64,000 nt of DNA from NCBI GenBank assembly GCA_963738405.1, contig CAVTWJ010000020.1, positions 64,453-128,452 on the forward strand. Reading direction: 5' to 3'. The position numbers were made by a program, and so were the translations under genes. Source of the stretch: a candidate division FCPU426 bacterium. GTDB lineage: Bacteria > Oederibacteriota > Muellerivitia > Muellerivitales > Muellerivitaceae. A model generated the notes under the pieces. The model was not told where the DNA came from, did not search any database, and worked only from the letters and a program-made list of their open reading frames with translations. This document shows positions 19,601 to 29,612 of this stretch, one piece after another (position 1 is the stretch's first letter; the number at the start of each line of letters is the position of its first letter).

Positions 19601-21471
19601 GCGTCTGGGTTTCGGGCTTCACTTTTAGTTCAAATCCGGCTGACGGCGGAGTGAATTCCTATACCATTTATCGAAGCATTAATCCTACACCCACCTCCAC
19701 CTGCGTGACTTGTTGGAGCAATGTAGGTTCTGTTTCTGCGCCGACCTCTTTAACCGCTGCCACGCCCGTATTTGTGGATACAAACGCAGTCAGTGGCTTT
19801 ACCAATTACTACCAGATCGTTCCCCAGAATGGTTTCGGATTGCAGGGAAATCCCAATCCGCAAACCGGGGTTTCAATCACTTATTTTCCAGCCGCTCCCG
19901 CAAGCTTTATAGCTCAACCCTCTGCATCTGCCATCAGCCTGGCCTGGGCTCCGGTCGGAAATGCTCCCGTGACCGGTTACGACATTTATCGAAGCACGGC
20001 TGCTTTCGCCCATATGACCCAACTAGCGGGCCAACTGGCCGTAACAACCTATACCGATAACGCTGTGACTTATGGTTCAGCCTATTTTTATTGGGTGGAT
20101 GCGGGAGCCCAAGGGGTTACCAGCGCTCCGGCCAGCGTGACCGCCCTAGCTGTATCCGCGCCCACCCTCTTTTTAACACCTGGCGCCGCCATGAATAACT
20201 TGGCCTGGAACCCGGTCGAGGTGCCCACCGGAAGCCCTGTGTCGGGCTATTCCATCCAAAGCGAGACCTTTCCCGCTACACCGGTTCCCAGTCAGACTCC
20301 AGGATTCACTCCCATCGGTCCCGCCATTGTGGAAGGATTGAATAACACGACCTATGCCGACACAAGCGTGTCCGATCCCAATTCTTACGCCTACCAGGTC
20401 GCTGTAGCGGCACCCAATCCCTGGGGAGGAAGACCCATTTTGGGACCCTTTTCCAACCCGGTGAGCGTGATAGTGTTGCCTTTGCCGGTCGCCAATTTGG
20501 AGGCGGTGTCTGGAGATGGCTTGGTTCAATTGCGTTGGAACTACCAAGGCAACCAAAAATTTACTTATACCATTCAACGAAAGTTGGGTTCGGCTCCTGT
20601 TTCGGCTTATCAAACCATCAAATCCGGGTTTCAAGGCATCAATTACACCGACACGGGAGTTTTGAATAAAACACTTTATGATTACCAGATTTATAGCGTG
20701 GATGCCTCGGGATTGTCCTCCTCCGCCGCGATGGTTCAGGCCCTGCCCGCCGAGCCGCCCTATGTTGGAAACACAAAAGTATCTCTCGCTCAAAGTCAGC
20801 AGGGGGATCAAACGGGGAATCAATTGACTTGGGCTCCAGCAAATAACCCCGCCACTTATCCATACTTTGATCCGACCAAAATGTATCCCTTGGGAGGATA
20901 TTATGTTTATCGGTCTTCCGATGGGGGGGGGACTTACCAGTTGGTTACGGTGGTGCCAAGTTCCCAGGGAACTACCCAAACCTCTATTAGCTATTTTGAT
21001 CCGGTTCAACTGGTAAACGGTTCGGCCTATACCTATTTGGTCTGGGCTTTTGACCAACCGGCGGGCGTGAATACGAGTGAAGTCAATATGGTTCACGAGA
21101 CGCCCTATACCCCCATAACTGCTTTTCCATTGACGGCTGGGGCGGCGCTGGATCGTAATGCAATAAGGCCCAATGGCGCTTTGGATGAACAGTCCGTCGG
21201 GATACGGTTTGTGGTGACAAGTCCAGGTAAGGTGGAAATAAAAGTTTATTCCCTGTCGGGGACTTTTATCAAAACTATCTTAAGTGACCCTAATGTTCGT
21301 GTTGGAGTTTGGGGCACCTATCGCATTAATGGAACCTTGAATGACAGTGACTATCATGCTTCCTGGGACGCGCGCAATATGCAGGGGAATCTGGTCGCGT
21401 CAGGTGTCTATCTGATAACGGTGGAAATGAACGGGCACCAAGAAATTGATAAAGTGGCAGTTATTAAGTAA
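16672..21471 (+). CDS. Large secreted Fn3-repeat, Thr/Pro-rich protein with C-terminal FlgD-Ig/T9SS-CTD-like domain
   Basis: Signal peptide and many 'L.W...Y.IYR...YTD...Y.Y.V.A' Fn3 units. C-terminus reads 'NAIRPNG...VEIKVYSLSGTFIKTI...WDARNMQGNLVASGVYLI...KVAVIK'. Start is 16672 or 16711. Confidence 0.85.
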   Translation: MAFSLGKGRGYEVMGRKRNLLTANAALWVALLAHFGQCQSLPAPTGLAATPGNGVVNLYWNPLPSATAFFIYRDEYGTPTYSFTPTPSFTPTFTGSPTDATTDTTTPTYSPTGTPTPLATVLASGQASLTDFQVVNGDSYVYTVLGLDSSGNLGAPATTVVNPFAPPQAISTLTVQPLHAGALDLSWPLPLSSYPVTGYAIYRLAITFTPNPSGTPTPTPSFTPTPSYTPTVTFSPTLTLPAGTYTSTPGNTYTFTNTFTPTITSSPTPSFTPTATFEPTRILASDVISQGALIGNSSGTSFSDQPQPLGPGEYYYVAIAEDANGNPGAIPTYSSIPNCPQLSKPFAPALSGNLILSVTPTPTNGMLYGVRLQWTGPLASEGVTAYQVFANGTPLATVVVSPTPQVTCVYDDQSVPYSASQANQTQYSVAAVNGNGAVTSNSISENIYEPILYGPIQVTPVAAANNVTISWNQALPGTYGLAGYQIFKSSNGIPGTGTQSPTPLPMANIGITPGVTPTLVYVDSPVTNAWGLSYWVQPYAAVTTGGVFAGATPSLLDIGPTPVATVSVAVTTGNNAFAVTWSGAETGFYGTPVAYKVYREYTNASSPTPVATVSYSQTNYTDYANGVSLSTSMNYQVSVLDHLGNPSDLSPFSNAVVSSSASAPGLPLQPFGLPVLGGPITLTYSWLLNPLSDGVTAYNLYGPDYLTPAPNTPTPVAIYAPTTTPTFEVPATPWAVNNYYVVAQNQTGNSTPTNLSSLAVSQYSVSAGVPVPTQAVTLSWNFTVPTTTPAPLDSFDVYRSVTQGSQFTSLAVVPYPTMVYTDNTASAGQSFYYRVTARSNGVESSLFPDMTPAPEAGAFTWPNAPASLLANGAVSETTLTWVSNPVTEGVQFYTVYQNGTPVATVTPAPVSVLNSVTVPDFPGAGTGYQVVAQSPEGNSSAAPASVLLSFSSGPILDLTPPPGFTPTPNVTPAYPPGVWVSGFTFSSNPADGGVNSYTIYRSINPTPTSTCVTCWSNVGSVSAPTSLTAATPVFVDTNAVSGFTNYYQIVPQNGFGLQGNPNPQTGVSITYFPAAPASFIAQPSASAISLAWAPVGNAPVTGYDIYRSTAAFAHMTQLAGQLAVTTYTDNAVTYGSAYFYWVDAGAQGVTSAPASVTALAVSAPTLFLTPGAAMNNLAWNPVEVPTGSPVSGYSIQSETFPATPVPSQTPGFTPIGPAIVEGLNNTTYADTSVSDPNSYAYQVAVAAPNPWGGRPILGPFSNPVSVIVLPLPVANLEAVSGDGLVQLRWNYQGNQKFTYTIQRKLGSAPVSAYQTIKSGFQGINYTDTGVLNKTLYDYQIYSVDASGLSSSAAMVQALPAEPPYVGNTKVSLAQSQQGDQTGNQLTWAPANNPATYPYFDPTKMYPLGGYYVYRSSDGGGTYQLVTVVPSSQGTTQTSISYFDPVQLVNGSAYTYLVWAFDQPAGVNTSEVNMVHETPYTPITAFPLTAGAALDRNAIRPNGALDEQSVGIRFVVTSPGKVEIKVYSLSGTFIKTILSDPNVRVGVWGTYRINGTLNDSDYHASWDARNMQGNLVASGVYLITVEMNGHQEIDKVAVIK

Positions 21472-21500
21472 GCCCTTTCGGGTTCTTATGGGAGAACAGA

Positions 21501-22208
21501 TTGAGCACCCCGCTCTGGAATAAAAAGTTAAAGTGCCCTTTTTGCGCGTTTGAATTTGAGACGACCCGGTTACGTTCCTCCGTCATCAAGATTAAGGAAA
21601 AACAAACTGATTTCGGAAACGTCTATGATGGGGAATGCGCCTATCTGTATGCCGTTACGGTTTGTCCCCAATGCACCTTTGCGGCTTTAAATAAGGATTT
21701 TGATACCGTCCGCGCCGGGGCCGAGCCAATGATTATGGAAGTCTGCCGGCAGATAAGCCAATCGGCCAAAAAGAAACCTGAAATCTTCGCCTTAGGATCC
21801 TCCACGCCCGAAGTGGCCATTAAACGGCATGAAATGGCTATCACCTTCATGAAGATACGAAAATATGGGGATTTAAGTACCCTGGCGGGTTTGTCCCTTC
21901 ATTTGGTCTGGATATACCGGTTGATGCAGGATTACGACAATGAAAAACGGGCCTTGGCTCAGGCAGCTAAAGCCTACGAGGAATATTTTGACAAGGGAAG
22001 CCGGTTGCCGGAAAACCTGGGCGAGCCTGGGGTGCTTTATTTAATTGGCGAATTGTACCGGCGGCAGGGCTTATTTAAAGAAGCCAGACGTTTTTATGAA
22101 AGGGCATTGGCCAGCAAGGAAATTAAAGCCTTTCCCCGCATCGCTGAAATGACGAGGGATATGATGTTTGCCGCGAAGCAGCAAATGGAAATGACAGGTA
22201 CGGATTAG
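21501..22208 (+). CDS. DUF2225-family protein (Zn-ribbon + TPR)
   Basis: CPFC...TDF...Y.VTVCPQC.FAA and 'LYLIGELYRRQG..EARRFY'. Confidence 0.8.
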   Translation: MSTPLWNKKLKCPFCAFEFETTRLRSSVIKIKEKQTDFGNVYDGECAYLYAVTVCPQCTFAALNKDFDTVRAGAEPMIMEVCRQISQSAKKKPEIFALGSSTPEVAIKRHEMAITFMKIRKYGDLSTLAGLSLHLVWIYRLMQDYDNEKRALAQAAKAYEEYFDKGSRLPENLGEPGVLYLIGELYRRQGLFKEARRFYERALASKEIKAFPRIAEMTRDMMFAAKQQMEMTGTD

Positions 22209-22213
22209 TCCCT

Positions 22214-22978
22214 TTGCGGGGGATCGTCTTGAACTCATGGAAACCTTTCAAATCAATATCTAAAGCGTTAATTGACAATCTTTTCCCAAAGCTGTGTGAA
22301 TATTGCGGTTTGACATTTGAAGAAGGTTTTTCGAATGTCCTGTGTGGTTCCTGCTTTCGTTCCATGCCGCACTACCGAGATCCGGTTTGCTCCCACTGTG
22401 GTGAATCCTTGGAACCGGGAAGTTTTGAGGGTGCGTTACTATTCCGTTGCGTGGAATGTGGAGAGGGAGCCTATTTTTTAGACCAGGTTCGGACCTTTGG
22501 GGAATATGTTGGAGCCTTGAGATTGCTCCATCACGCGTTTAAGTTTGAAGGGATGGAACATTTAGGGTTGGCTATAGCTGAAAGAATGGCGAATAACATT
22601 CCAGCGGGGTTCCTACAACCTGAAACCATCTTATGCCCTGTTCCTTTGAGCCCAGAGCGGGAAAGGGAACGGGGATATAATCCGTCCGAAAATTTATGCC
22701 GTCATCTTTCCGACGGAAAAGGTGTTCACTGGGAAAATCTCTTAAGAAAAATGAAGTCGATTCCACCCCAGATGTCGTTGACGCGTAAGGAGAGATTAAT
22801 GAACCCTGTGGGTGCCTATGAAGTATTGAGGGGAAAGGCCGTGCCGGTTCGAGTTGTATTGGTTGATGATGTCTTTACCACTGGGGCAACGCTGGAAGAG
22901 TGCGCAAAAATATTGAAACAATCTGGCTGCCAATGGGTTGGTGCTGTTCTTTGGGGTCGGACACCACGTTATTTTTGA
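22214..22978 (+). CDS. comF: ComF/GntX family phosphoribosyltransferase-like protein
   Basis: Double zinc ribbon, PVPLS..RERERGYN, VLVDDVFTTGATL. Confidence 0.9.
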   Translation: MRGIVLNSWKPFKSISKALIDNLFPKLCEYCGLTFEEGFSNVLCGSCFRSMPHYRDPVCSHCGESLEPGSFEGALLFRCVECGEGAYFLDQVRTFGEYVGALRLLHHAFKFEGMEHLGLAIAERMANNIPAGFLQPETILCPVPLSPERERERGYNPSENLCRHLSDGKGVHWENLLRKMKSIPPQMSLTRKERLMNPVGAYEVLRGKAVPVRVVLVDDVFTTGATLEECAKILKQSGCQWVGAVLWGRTPRYF

Positions 22979-23046
22979 AAAACTACACAACAAACCTTTT
23001 CGGCAACGAACCTTTTTGTCAGCTAGTTCTATATGATCCTTATCTA

Positions 23047-23076
23047 TTGACCCCTTTGGCCCCCTTCTGATAGCTT
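23047..23076 (+). promoter_or_regulatory. Probable gap promoter
   Basis: TTGACC-18bp-TAGCTT with TG extended -10. Confidence 0.45.
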
Positions 23077-23244
23077 AACCGAACTTTAAACCCCTGATTT
23101 TCAAGGAAAAACCAGGTTTTCATCGATCGGATCACACAATAGGTTGTGAGGGTGATTCCCGATACGAATAGGGGTTACGGTTTTCCTGGAGGCGGTGAAG
23201 GCCCGCTGAAAAGCGGTGAATTAAGTTAAAACCCCCGGTTCTAA

Positions 23245-24276
<1,032 letters not shown>

Positions 24277-24373
24277 AGCTGCCCTTTAACATTATGAGCC
24301 GCAGGTGAAAGCATGACCCAAAATCCGCTTAAGTTTTTCGGGGAATGATTTTGCCTGCGGTTTTTTATTTGAG

Positions 24374-24844
24374 GTGATCGCATTGGATTTGCACCCGGCG
24401 GTTTGGTGGACTGTGGTGGCGCTGGTATTCTTCATATTGGAAATTACCACTGCGTCCTTTTTTTTCCTGTGGATCGGGGCGGGGGCATTGGTCACAGTGG
24501 TGGTAACCTTTTTTTCCGTACCAGCCTGGGTGGAATACGCCGTATTCGCGGTTTCTTCGGTGCTGTTAGTGGCCCTGAGCCGGCGTTGGGCGGGAACCTT
24601 TTCAGGGAAATCGCCCCAAAAGGCCAATGTGGACGCTCTTGTAGGTCAAATCGGCCAGGTCACGAAGGTCTATTCCCACGCACCCTGGCAGGGTTACGCG
24701 AAATTTGGCGGGGAAGTTTGGCGAGTGGAATGCGAAAACGAAACGCCGCTGCGGTTGGAAGAGGAAATAAAAGTTTTGGCGGTTAAATCGAACATTTTGG
24801 CGGTCCAAAAAATCGCACAAAATCAAGGCCCGGAGAAAACATAG
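24374..24844 (+). CDS. nfeD: NfeD-family membrane protein (short form)
   Basis: Hydrophobic N-terminus and OB-fold 'NVDALVGQIGQV...GEVWRV'; lies upstream of an SPFH gene. Confidence 0.85.
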   Translation: MIALDLHPAVWWTVVALVFFILEITTASFFFLWIGAGALVTVVVTFFSVPAWVEYAVFAVSSVLLVALSRRWAGTFSGKSPQKANVDALVGQIGQVTKVYSHAPWQGYAKFGGEVWRVECENETPLRLEEEIKVLAVKSNILAVQKIAQNQGPEKT

Positions 24845-24920
24845 TAAAGCAAGCCCTTGCGCCCAGCCGGACGGGCGTTGGGAGCGTCGCAACCTTCAAA
24901 TGACTTTAAAGGAGTAATCT

Positions 24921-25850
24921 ATGCCAGAATCCGTGTCAGGATTTTTCTTGCTGGTTCTTGTTGTTTTCGCCTTGATCTATGCCTCCCGGGCTATCCGGAT
25001 TGTCCGCCCCTTTGAAAAGGGCTTGATTGAACGCCTCGGAAGGTTCACCCGCACCGCCGATTCAGGTTTAACCGTTCTTTTCCCGCCCTTTGAAAATATG
25101 CGCAAAGTGGATATGCGCGAGCAAGTTATTGAGGTTCCTCCCCAGGAAGTCATCACCAAGGACAACGTGGTGGTGACGGTGGACGCCATTATTTATTTTC
25201 ACGTCAGCGATCCATTCAAAGTGGTTTACAACGTGGCGAGGTTTGAAATGGCGGCTTTGAAACTGGCCCAAACCAACCTGCGCAATACCATCGGTGAGTT
25301 GGACCTGGACCAGACCCTCAACAGCCGCGAGCGTATCAACACTCAGCTCCGTGAAATCATGGATGAGGCGACGGACAAGTGGGGCGTTAAAGTGACCCGG
25401 GTTGAAATTCAAAAGATCGACCCCCCTAATGACATCGTGAGCGCCATGAGCGCCCAGATGAAGGCAGAACGTACCAAGCGGGCCGCCATTATTGAGGCGG
25501 AAGGCATTAAACAAGCCGCCATTACCAAGGCTGAAGGTGAAAAACAATCGGCCATTCTTAAGGCCGAGGGTGAGGCTGGAGCGATCGAACGGGTAGCGAC
25601 CGCTAATAAATTCCAAAAAATTGCCCTGGCGGAAGGTGAATCCCAGGCCATCATCACGGTGTTCAAGGCCATCCATGACGGAAACCCTACCCAGGATTTG
25701 TTGGCTTTGAAATACATGGAAATGCTTGGCGTCGTCGCGGACGGCCAAGCCACCAAAATCTTCCTTCCGCTAGAAGCCTCGGGTACCCTTGGTGCTTTGA
25801 GCACCATTGCCGAAGCCTTTAAAACAGACTTGAAGACGAAGCAAAAATAG
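24921..25850 (+). CDS. SPFH/Band-7 (QmcA-like) protein
   Basis: QEVITKDNVVVTVD, LAQTNLRNTIG, QMKAER.KRA. Confidence 0.92.
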   Translation: MPESVSGFFLLVLVVFALIYASRAIRIVRPFEKGLIERLGRFTRTADSGLTVLFPPFENMRKVDMREQVIEVPPQEVITKDNVVVTVDAIIYFHVSDPFKVVYNVARFEMAALKLAQTNLRNTIGELDLDQTLNSRERINTQLREIMDEATDKWGVKVTRVEIQKIDPPNDIVSAMSAQMKAERTKRAAIIEAEGIKQAAITKAEGEKQSAILKAEGEAGAIERVATANKFQKIALAEGESQAIITVFKAIHDGNPTQDLLALKYMEMLGVVADGQATKIFLPLEASGTLGALSTIAEAFKTDLKTKQK

Positions 25851-25926
25851 TTTTTTGGGGGGCGTACGGAGAGGTGAGGTTTTCCGTCACGGCAGGTTAG
25901 TTCATTCTCTTGTGAAAGGACGACCA

Positions 25927-27132
25927 GTGGCCATCTACAACAAAATGAGCGTTGAAGATATTAACCCGTCGGGAAAGAGGATTTTCGTCAGGGTGGATTT
26001 CAACGTGCCCCAGGATGAACAACTGCGGATCACCGACGACACCCGGATAAAGGAATCGCTCAATACCATCCAATATCTCGTTGATAAGGGGGGGCGGGTT
26101 ATTTTGTGCTCTCACTTGGGGAGGCCCAAGGGTAAGAAAAACGAAAAATTCACTTTGAAGCCGATTGCGGCCCGTCTTTCGGAATTGCTGAAAAAGCCAG
26201 TTGCAATGATGCCGGATTGCGTGGGGGATGCGGTCAAGGCTGAAGTGTTAAAAATGAAAAATGGCGATGTGGCCTTGCTGGAAAATGTCCGCTTTTACGA
26301 TCAAGAAGAGGGAAATGACCCGGTGTTCGCCAAACGACTGGCGGAGCTAGCTGAAATTTATGTCAATGACGCATTTGGAACGGCCCACCGGGCTCATGCT
26401 TCCACCGAGGGGGTTACGAAATTTCTGAAACCCTGCGTGGCGGGCTTTTTGATGATGAAAGAGATCAAGTACCTGGGCGGAGCCCTTTCCGAGCCTCAGC
26501 GTCCCTTCGTGGCTATCATCGGAGGCTCCAAAATTTCCACGAAGATCGATGTCATCAAGCACCTCATGGAGATCGTGGATATCCTTATCATTGGCGGGGG
26601 CATGTCCTATACCTTTCTTAAATCGGAAGGTCATGGAATCGGGAAGTCCATTGTCGAGGACGACAAAATGGAACTAGCGCGCGAACTGATCAAACAATCC
26701 ATCGAAACCGACGTTCCGATGCTTTTGCCGATCGACCATATTGTTTCGGACGCCTTTGACGCCAAGGCCAATGTCAAGACCGTTCTGCGGGGCGAGATTG
26801 GCCCGGAATGGGAAGGGATGGACATAGGCCCCAAAACCCTTGAAAAATACACCACCTTTATTAAGACGGCTAAAACGATCTTTTGGAACGGTCCTGTTGG
26901 CGTCTTCGAAATGGAGCCTTTTGCGGGTGGAACTCTGGCCATCGCCAAACTGCTTGCGGAAGCTTCCGAGCAGGGCGTGATCACCATTGTGGGAGGGGGG
27001 GATTCGGTAGCGGCGGTGACCCAAATGGGCTACGCCTCCAAAATATCCCATATTTCTACAGGCGGCGGCGCTTCGCTGGAATTTATGGAAGGGAAAGTCC
27101 TGCCTGGAATCGCGGCTCTAACGGATAAGTAG
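25927..27132 (+). CDS. pgk: Phosphoglycerate kinase
   Basis: VRVDFNVP, SHLGRP, DAFGTAHRAHAS, STGGGASLE. GTG 25927 follows SD AAAGGA. Confidence 0.97.
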   Translation: MAIYNKMSVEDINPSGKRIFVRVDFNVPQDEQLRITDDTRIKESLNTIQYLVDKGGRVILCSHLGRPKGKKNEKFTLKPIAARLSELLKKPVAMMPDCVGDAVKAEVLKMKNGDVALLENVRFYDQEEGNDPVFAKRLAELAEIYVNDAFGTAHRAHASTEGVTKFLKPCVAGFLMMKEIKYLGGALSEPQRPFVAIIGGSKISTKIDVIKHLMEIVDILIIGGGMSYTFLKSEGHGIGKSIVEDDKMELARELIKQSIETDVPMLLPIDHIVSDAFDAKANVKTVLRGEIGPEWEGMDIGPKTLEKYTTFIKTAKTIFWNGPVGVFEMEPFAGGTLAIAKLLAEASEQGVITIVGGGDSVAAVTQMGYASKISHISTGGGASLEFMEGKVLPGIAALTDK

Positions 27133-27194
27133 GTCATCGAGGACTCTTCTTCCCAAGTTTGTCTAAGGGGAAAATAATACCTTTGGAGTAATCA

Positions 27195-27944
27195 ATGCGT
27201 ATACCGATCATCGCTGGCAATTGGAAAATGTACAAAGGCGTCCGGGAATCAGTGACCTTTGTTCAGCAGTTGGCTGAAACCCTGAAGGATGTGAAGGACA
27301 GAGAAATTCTTGTGTGTCCCACTTTTCTGTCGGCCGCGAGCGTGGTGGACTCGCTTCGATTTTCTAATATTAAAGTTGGCTGCCAGGACGCCCATTGGGA
27401 AAACGAGGGAGCCTATACAAGCCATGTAAGTCCCGCCATGCTGAAAGACGCGGGAGTGACCTATGTCATTCTTGGACACTCCGAACGCCGTCAATATGAC
27501 GGCGAAACAGACACCACCATCAACCGAAAGCTTAAAAATGTTCTAAAGACGGGCCTGAAGGCCATTGTTTGCGTTGGGGAAACGCTCCATGAACGTGAAG
27601 CGAGAAAAACAGAAAAGGTAGTTGAATCCCAAGTGGCGGGCTGTTTCGAGGGAATCGGTTTAGGGGATCTGGCCCATATTGTCATCGCCTATGAGCCTGT
27701 TTGGGCCATTGGAACCGGAAAGACCGCGACACCAGAACAGGCCAATGAAGTTCATGCCTTTATTCGAGCCAAGATATCGTCAAAATATAACGCTGAGGCG
27801 GCACAAGCCATTAGGATTCAATACGGGGGAAGCGTCAAACCGGACAATGTGAAACAACTGATGAGCCAACCTGATATCGATGGCGCTCTTGTGGGCGGGG
27901 CGAGCCTGAAGGTGGATTCCTTCGCGGCCTTAGTGAAGTTTTAG
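27195..27944 (+). CDS. tpiA: Triosephosphate isomerase
   Basis: AGNWKM, GHSERR, AYEPVWAIGTG, YGGSVK. Confidence 0.98.
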   Translation: MRIPIIAGNWKMYKGVRESVTFVQQLAETLKDVKDREILVCPTFLSAASVVDSLRFSNIKVGCQDAHWENEGAYTSHVSPAMLKDAGVTYVILGHSERRQYDGETDTTINRKLKNVLKTGLKAIVCVGETLHEREARKTEKVVESQVAGCFEGIGLGDLAHIVIAYEPVWAIGTGKTATPEQANEVHAFIRAKISSKYNAEAAQAIRIQYGGSVKPDNVKQLMSQPDIDGALVGGASLKVDSFAALVKF

Positions 27945-28069
27945 ACCTCTGGCGGGTTATTTTCGGGTCCTTTTGAGCTGAAAACACCTTTGGTTTAAAA
28001 GATTTGTTGGATAAACCTAACCGGTTTCAATTAAAATAAACTTAGTTTCAAATTCCAGAGAGGGTACCC

Positions 28070-28453
28070 ATGAGCGTCCTATTTACCGTACTTTTTGCTT
28101 TAACATCAATTTTGTTGATTCTTGTTGTTTTGATTCAACAACCCAAGACTGCCGGCGGCTTGTTTTCCGGTACAGGTCAAAGTCTATTGGGAACCAGCGG
28201 AAAGACCTTTTGGACAAAAACGACCGTTATTATCGCGGCCGTGTTTATGGCTCTTTGCCTTATCCTAGGTGTTTTGCCTCGTTTGGAACAAACTTCCAAT
28301 CAATCCGCGGTAACGGACCTGATTCAGAAACAGCAAGCCGCTCAAAATCAAGCCGCCAACAGCCAGGCACCCGCCCCGGCTCAGGCCCCCCAACCCCAAG
28401 CGAAACCTGTTGCACCTTCCGGGGCTCCAGCGCCGGCGCAACCCAAGAATTAA
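28070..28453 (+). CDS. secG: Preprotein translocase subunit SecG with Ala/Pro/Gln tail
   Basis: Two TM helices with a 'VLIQQPK..GGLFSG' linker; follows tpiA. Confidence 0.88.
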   Translation: MSVLFTVLFALTSILLILVVLIQQPKTAGGLFSGTGQSLLGTSGKTFWTKTTVIIAAVFMALCLILGVLPRLEQTSNQSAVTDLIQKQQAAQNQAANSQAPAPAQAPQPQAKPVAPSGAPAPAQPKN

Positions 28454-28504
28454 ACTTTAGTTCAATATTCGAAGATCACTAAAAGTTAAGGTTGTGAAAA
28501 CGAT

Positions 28505-29569
28505 ATGATTACCGGCGGAAAATCCAGAGCGACCCTTAAACAAATAGCAAAATATTGCGGTGTGTCCCATACGACCGTTTCAATGGTCATTAACCAGAAC
28601 CCGAGGATTTCGGCGGATACCCGGGAAAAGGTGATGGCCGCCATCAAGAAGTACAACTACTACCCTAACGTTGCAGCCCGAAGTTTGGTGATGTCACGAA
28701 CTAATACTATTGGAATTTTCGGGACCATGTTCGATTCGCCTTATTACAACGAGATTATCCGGGGTATCGAGATGGAGTGCCGCCACGCCAGCGTGGACTT
28801 AAAAATTTACAATTGCAATGGAAGCCTGGAAGATTACAACGAAATCAATGAACGCATCCTTGGGGAACGCCGTATCGATGCTGTCATTGCCCTGTCCGTG
28901 CCTATGGAAGACGCCGTACTGGAACGTTTTCAAAACGAGGAACTGCCCCTGATTATTCTTCAGCCTGTCGCCATCGAGGGGCCCAACCACATTCTCGAGA
29001 AGATACCGACCCTTCAAGCTGAGGACCGGAAGGGAATCTATAAAGCGGTCGCCTACCTGATTTCCTTAGGGCATAAAAAGATCGGCTTCGTCAACGGCCC
29101 TGAGCACCTCAAGATTTGCCAAGACCGGCTTGCAGGCTACCGGGATGCCCTGCGGGATAACAACCTTCCGTTTCAGGAACAATTTGTGGCCTATTCCCAT
29201 TTCCGTCCCGATGCCTTCACTATGGACGCTGGGTATCAGCTGGGAAAAGAACTCATGGACCGGATTCCCGAAATCACTGCTATTTGCTGTGTCTCTGACA
29301 CCATGGCCATCGGGGTTATCAAGGCCGCCCGTCAAAAAGGGAAGCTTGTACCCGAGGATATTTCCATCATCGGTTTCGACGATACCTATGTGGCCCGCTT
29401 GGCCGATCCGTCTTTGACGACCCTTCATCAGCCGCTTTTGGAAATGGGTAAAGCCTCGGTGATTCTGGCCCACAACTTCCTCAACAAGAAACCCATTGAA
29501 TATCTTCACCGGGGTTTCGATGTGGAGTTGATCATTCGCGAATCCACGGGTAAGCCGCGTAAAAAGTAG
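28505..29569 (+). CDS. LacI-family transcriptional regulator
   Basis: TLKQIAKYCGVSHTTVSMVIN, YYPNVAARSL, VPEDISIIGFDD, LIIREST. Confidence 0.95.
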   Translation: MITGGKSRATLKQIAKYCGVSHTTVSMVINQNPRISADTREKVMAAIKKYNYYPNVAARSLVMSRTNTIGIFGTMFDSPYYNEIIRGIEMECRHASVDLKIYNCNGSLEDYNEINERILGERRIDAVIALSVPMEDAVLERFQNEELPLIILQPVAIEGPNHILEKIPTLQAEDRKGIYKAVAYLISLGHKKIGFVNGPEHLKICQDRLAGYRDALRDNNLPFQEQFVAYSHFRPDAFTMDAGYQLGKELMDRIPEITAICCVSDTMAIGVIKAARQKGKLVPEDISIIGFDDTYVARLADPSLTTLHQPLLEMGKASVILAHNFLNKKPIEYLHRGFDVELIIRESTGKPRKK

Positions 29570-29600
29570 CCTCCCCCCTCCCCGGACTGAAACCCTCGCC

Positions 29601-29606
29601 TATAAT
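29601..29606 (+). promoter_or_regulatory. -10 box of a probable leaderless lnt promoter
   Basis: TATAAT lies 6 nt upstream of ATG 29613; no SD. Confidence 0.55.
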
Positions 29607-29612
29607 GCCCTC

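Noticed and set aside
28490..28512. LacI operator overlapping the lacI start (TGAAAACGATATGA)
   Set aside because: Only one half-site matches and no second copy was found.
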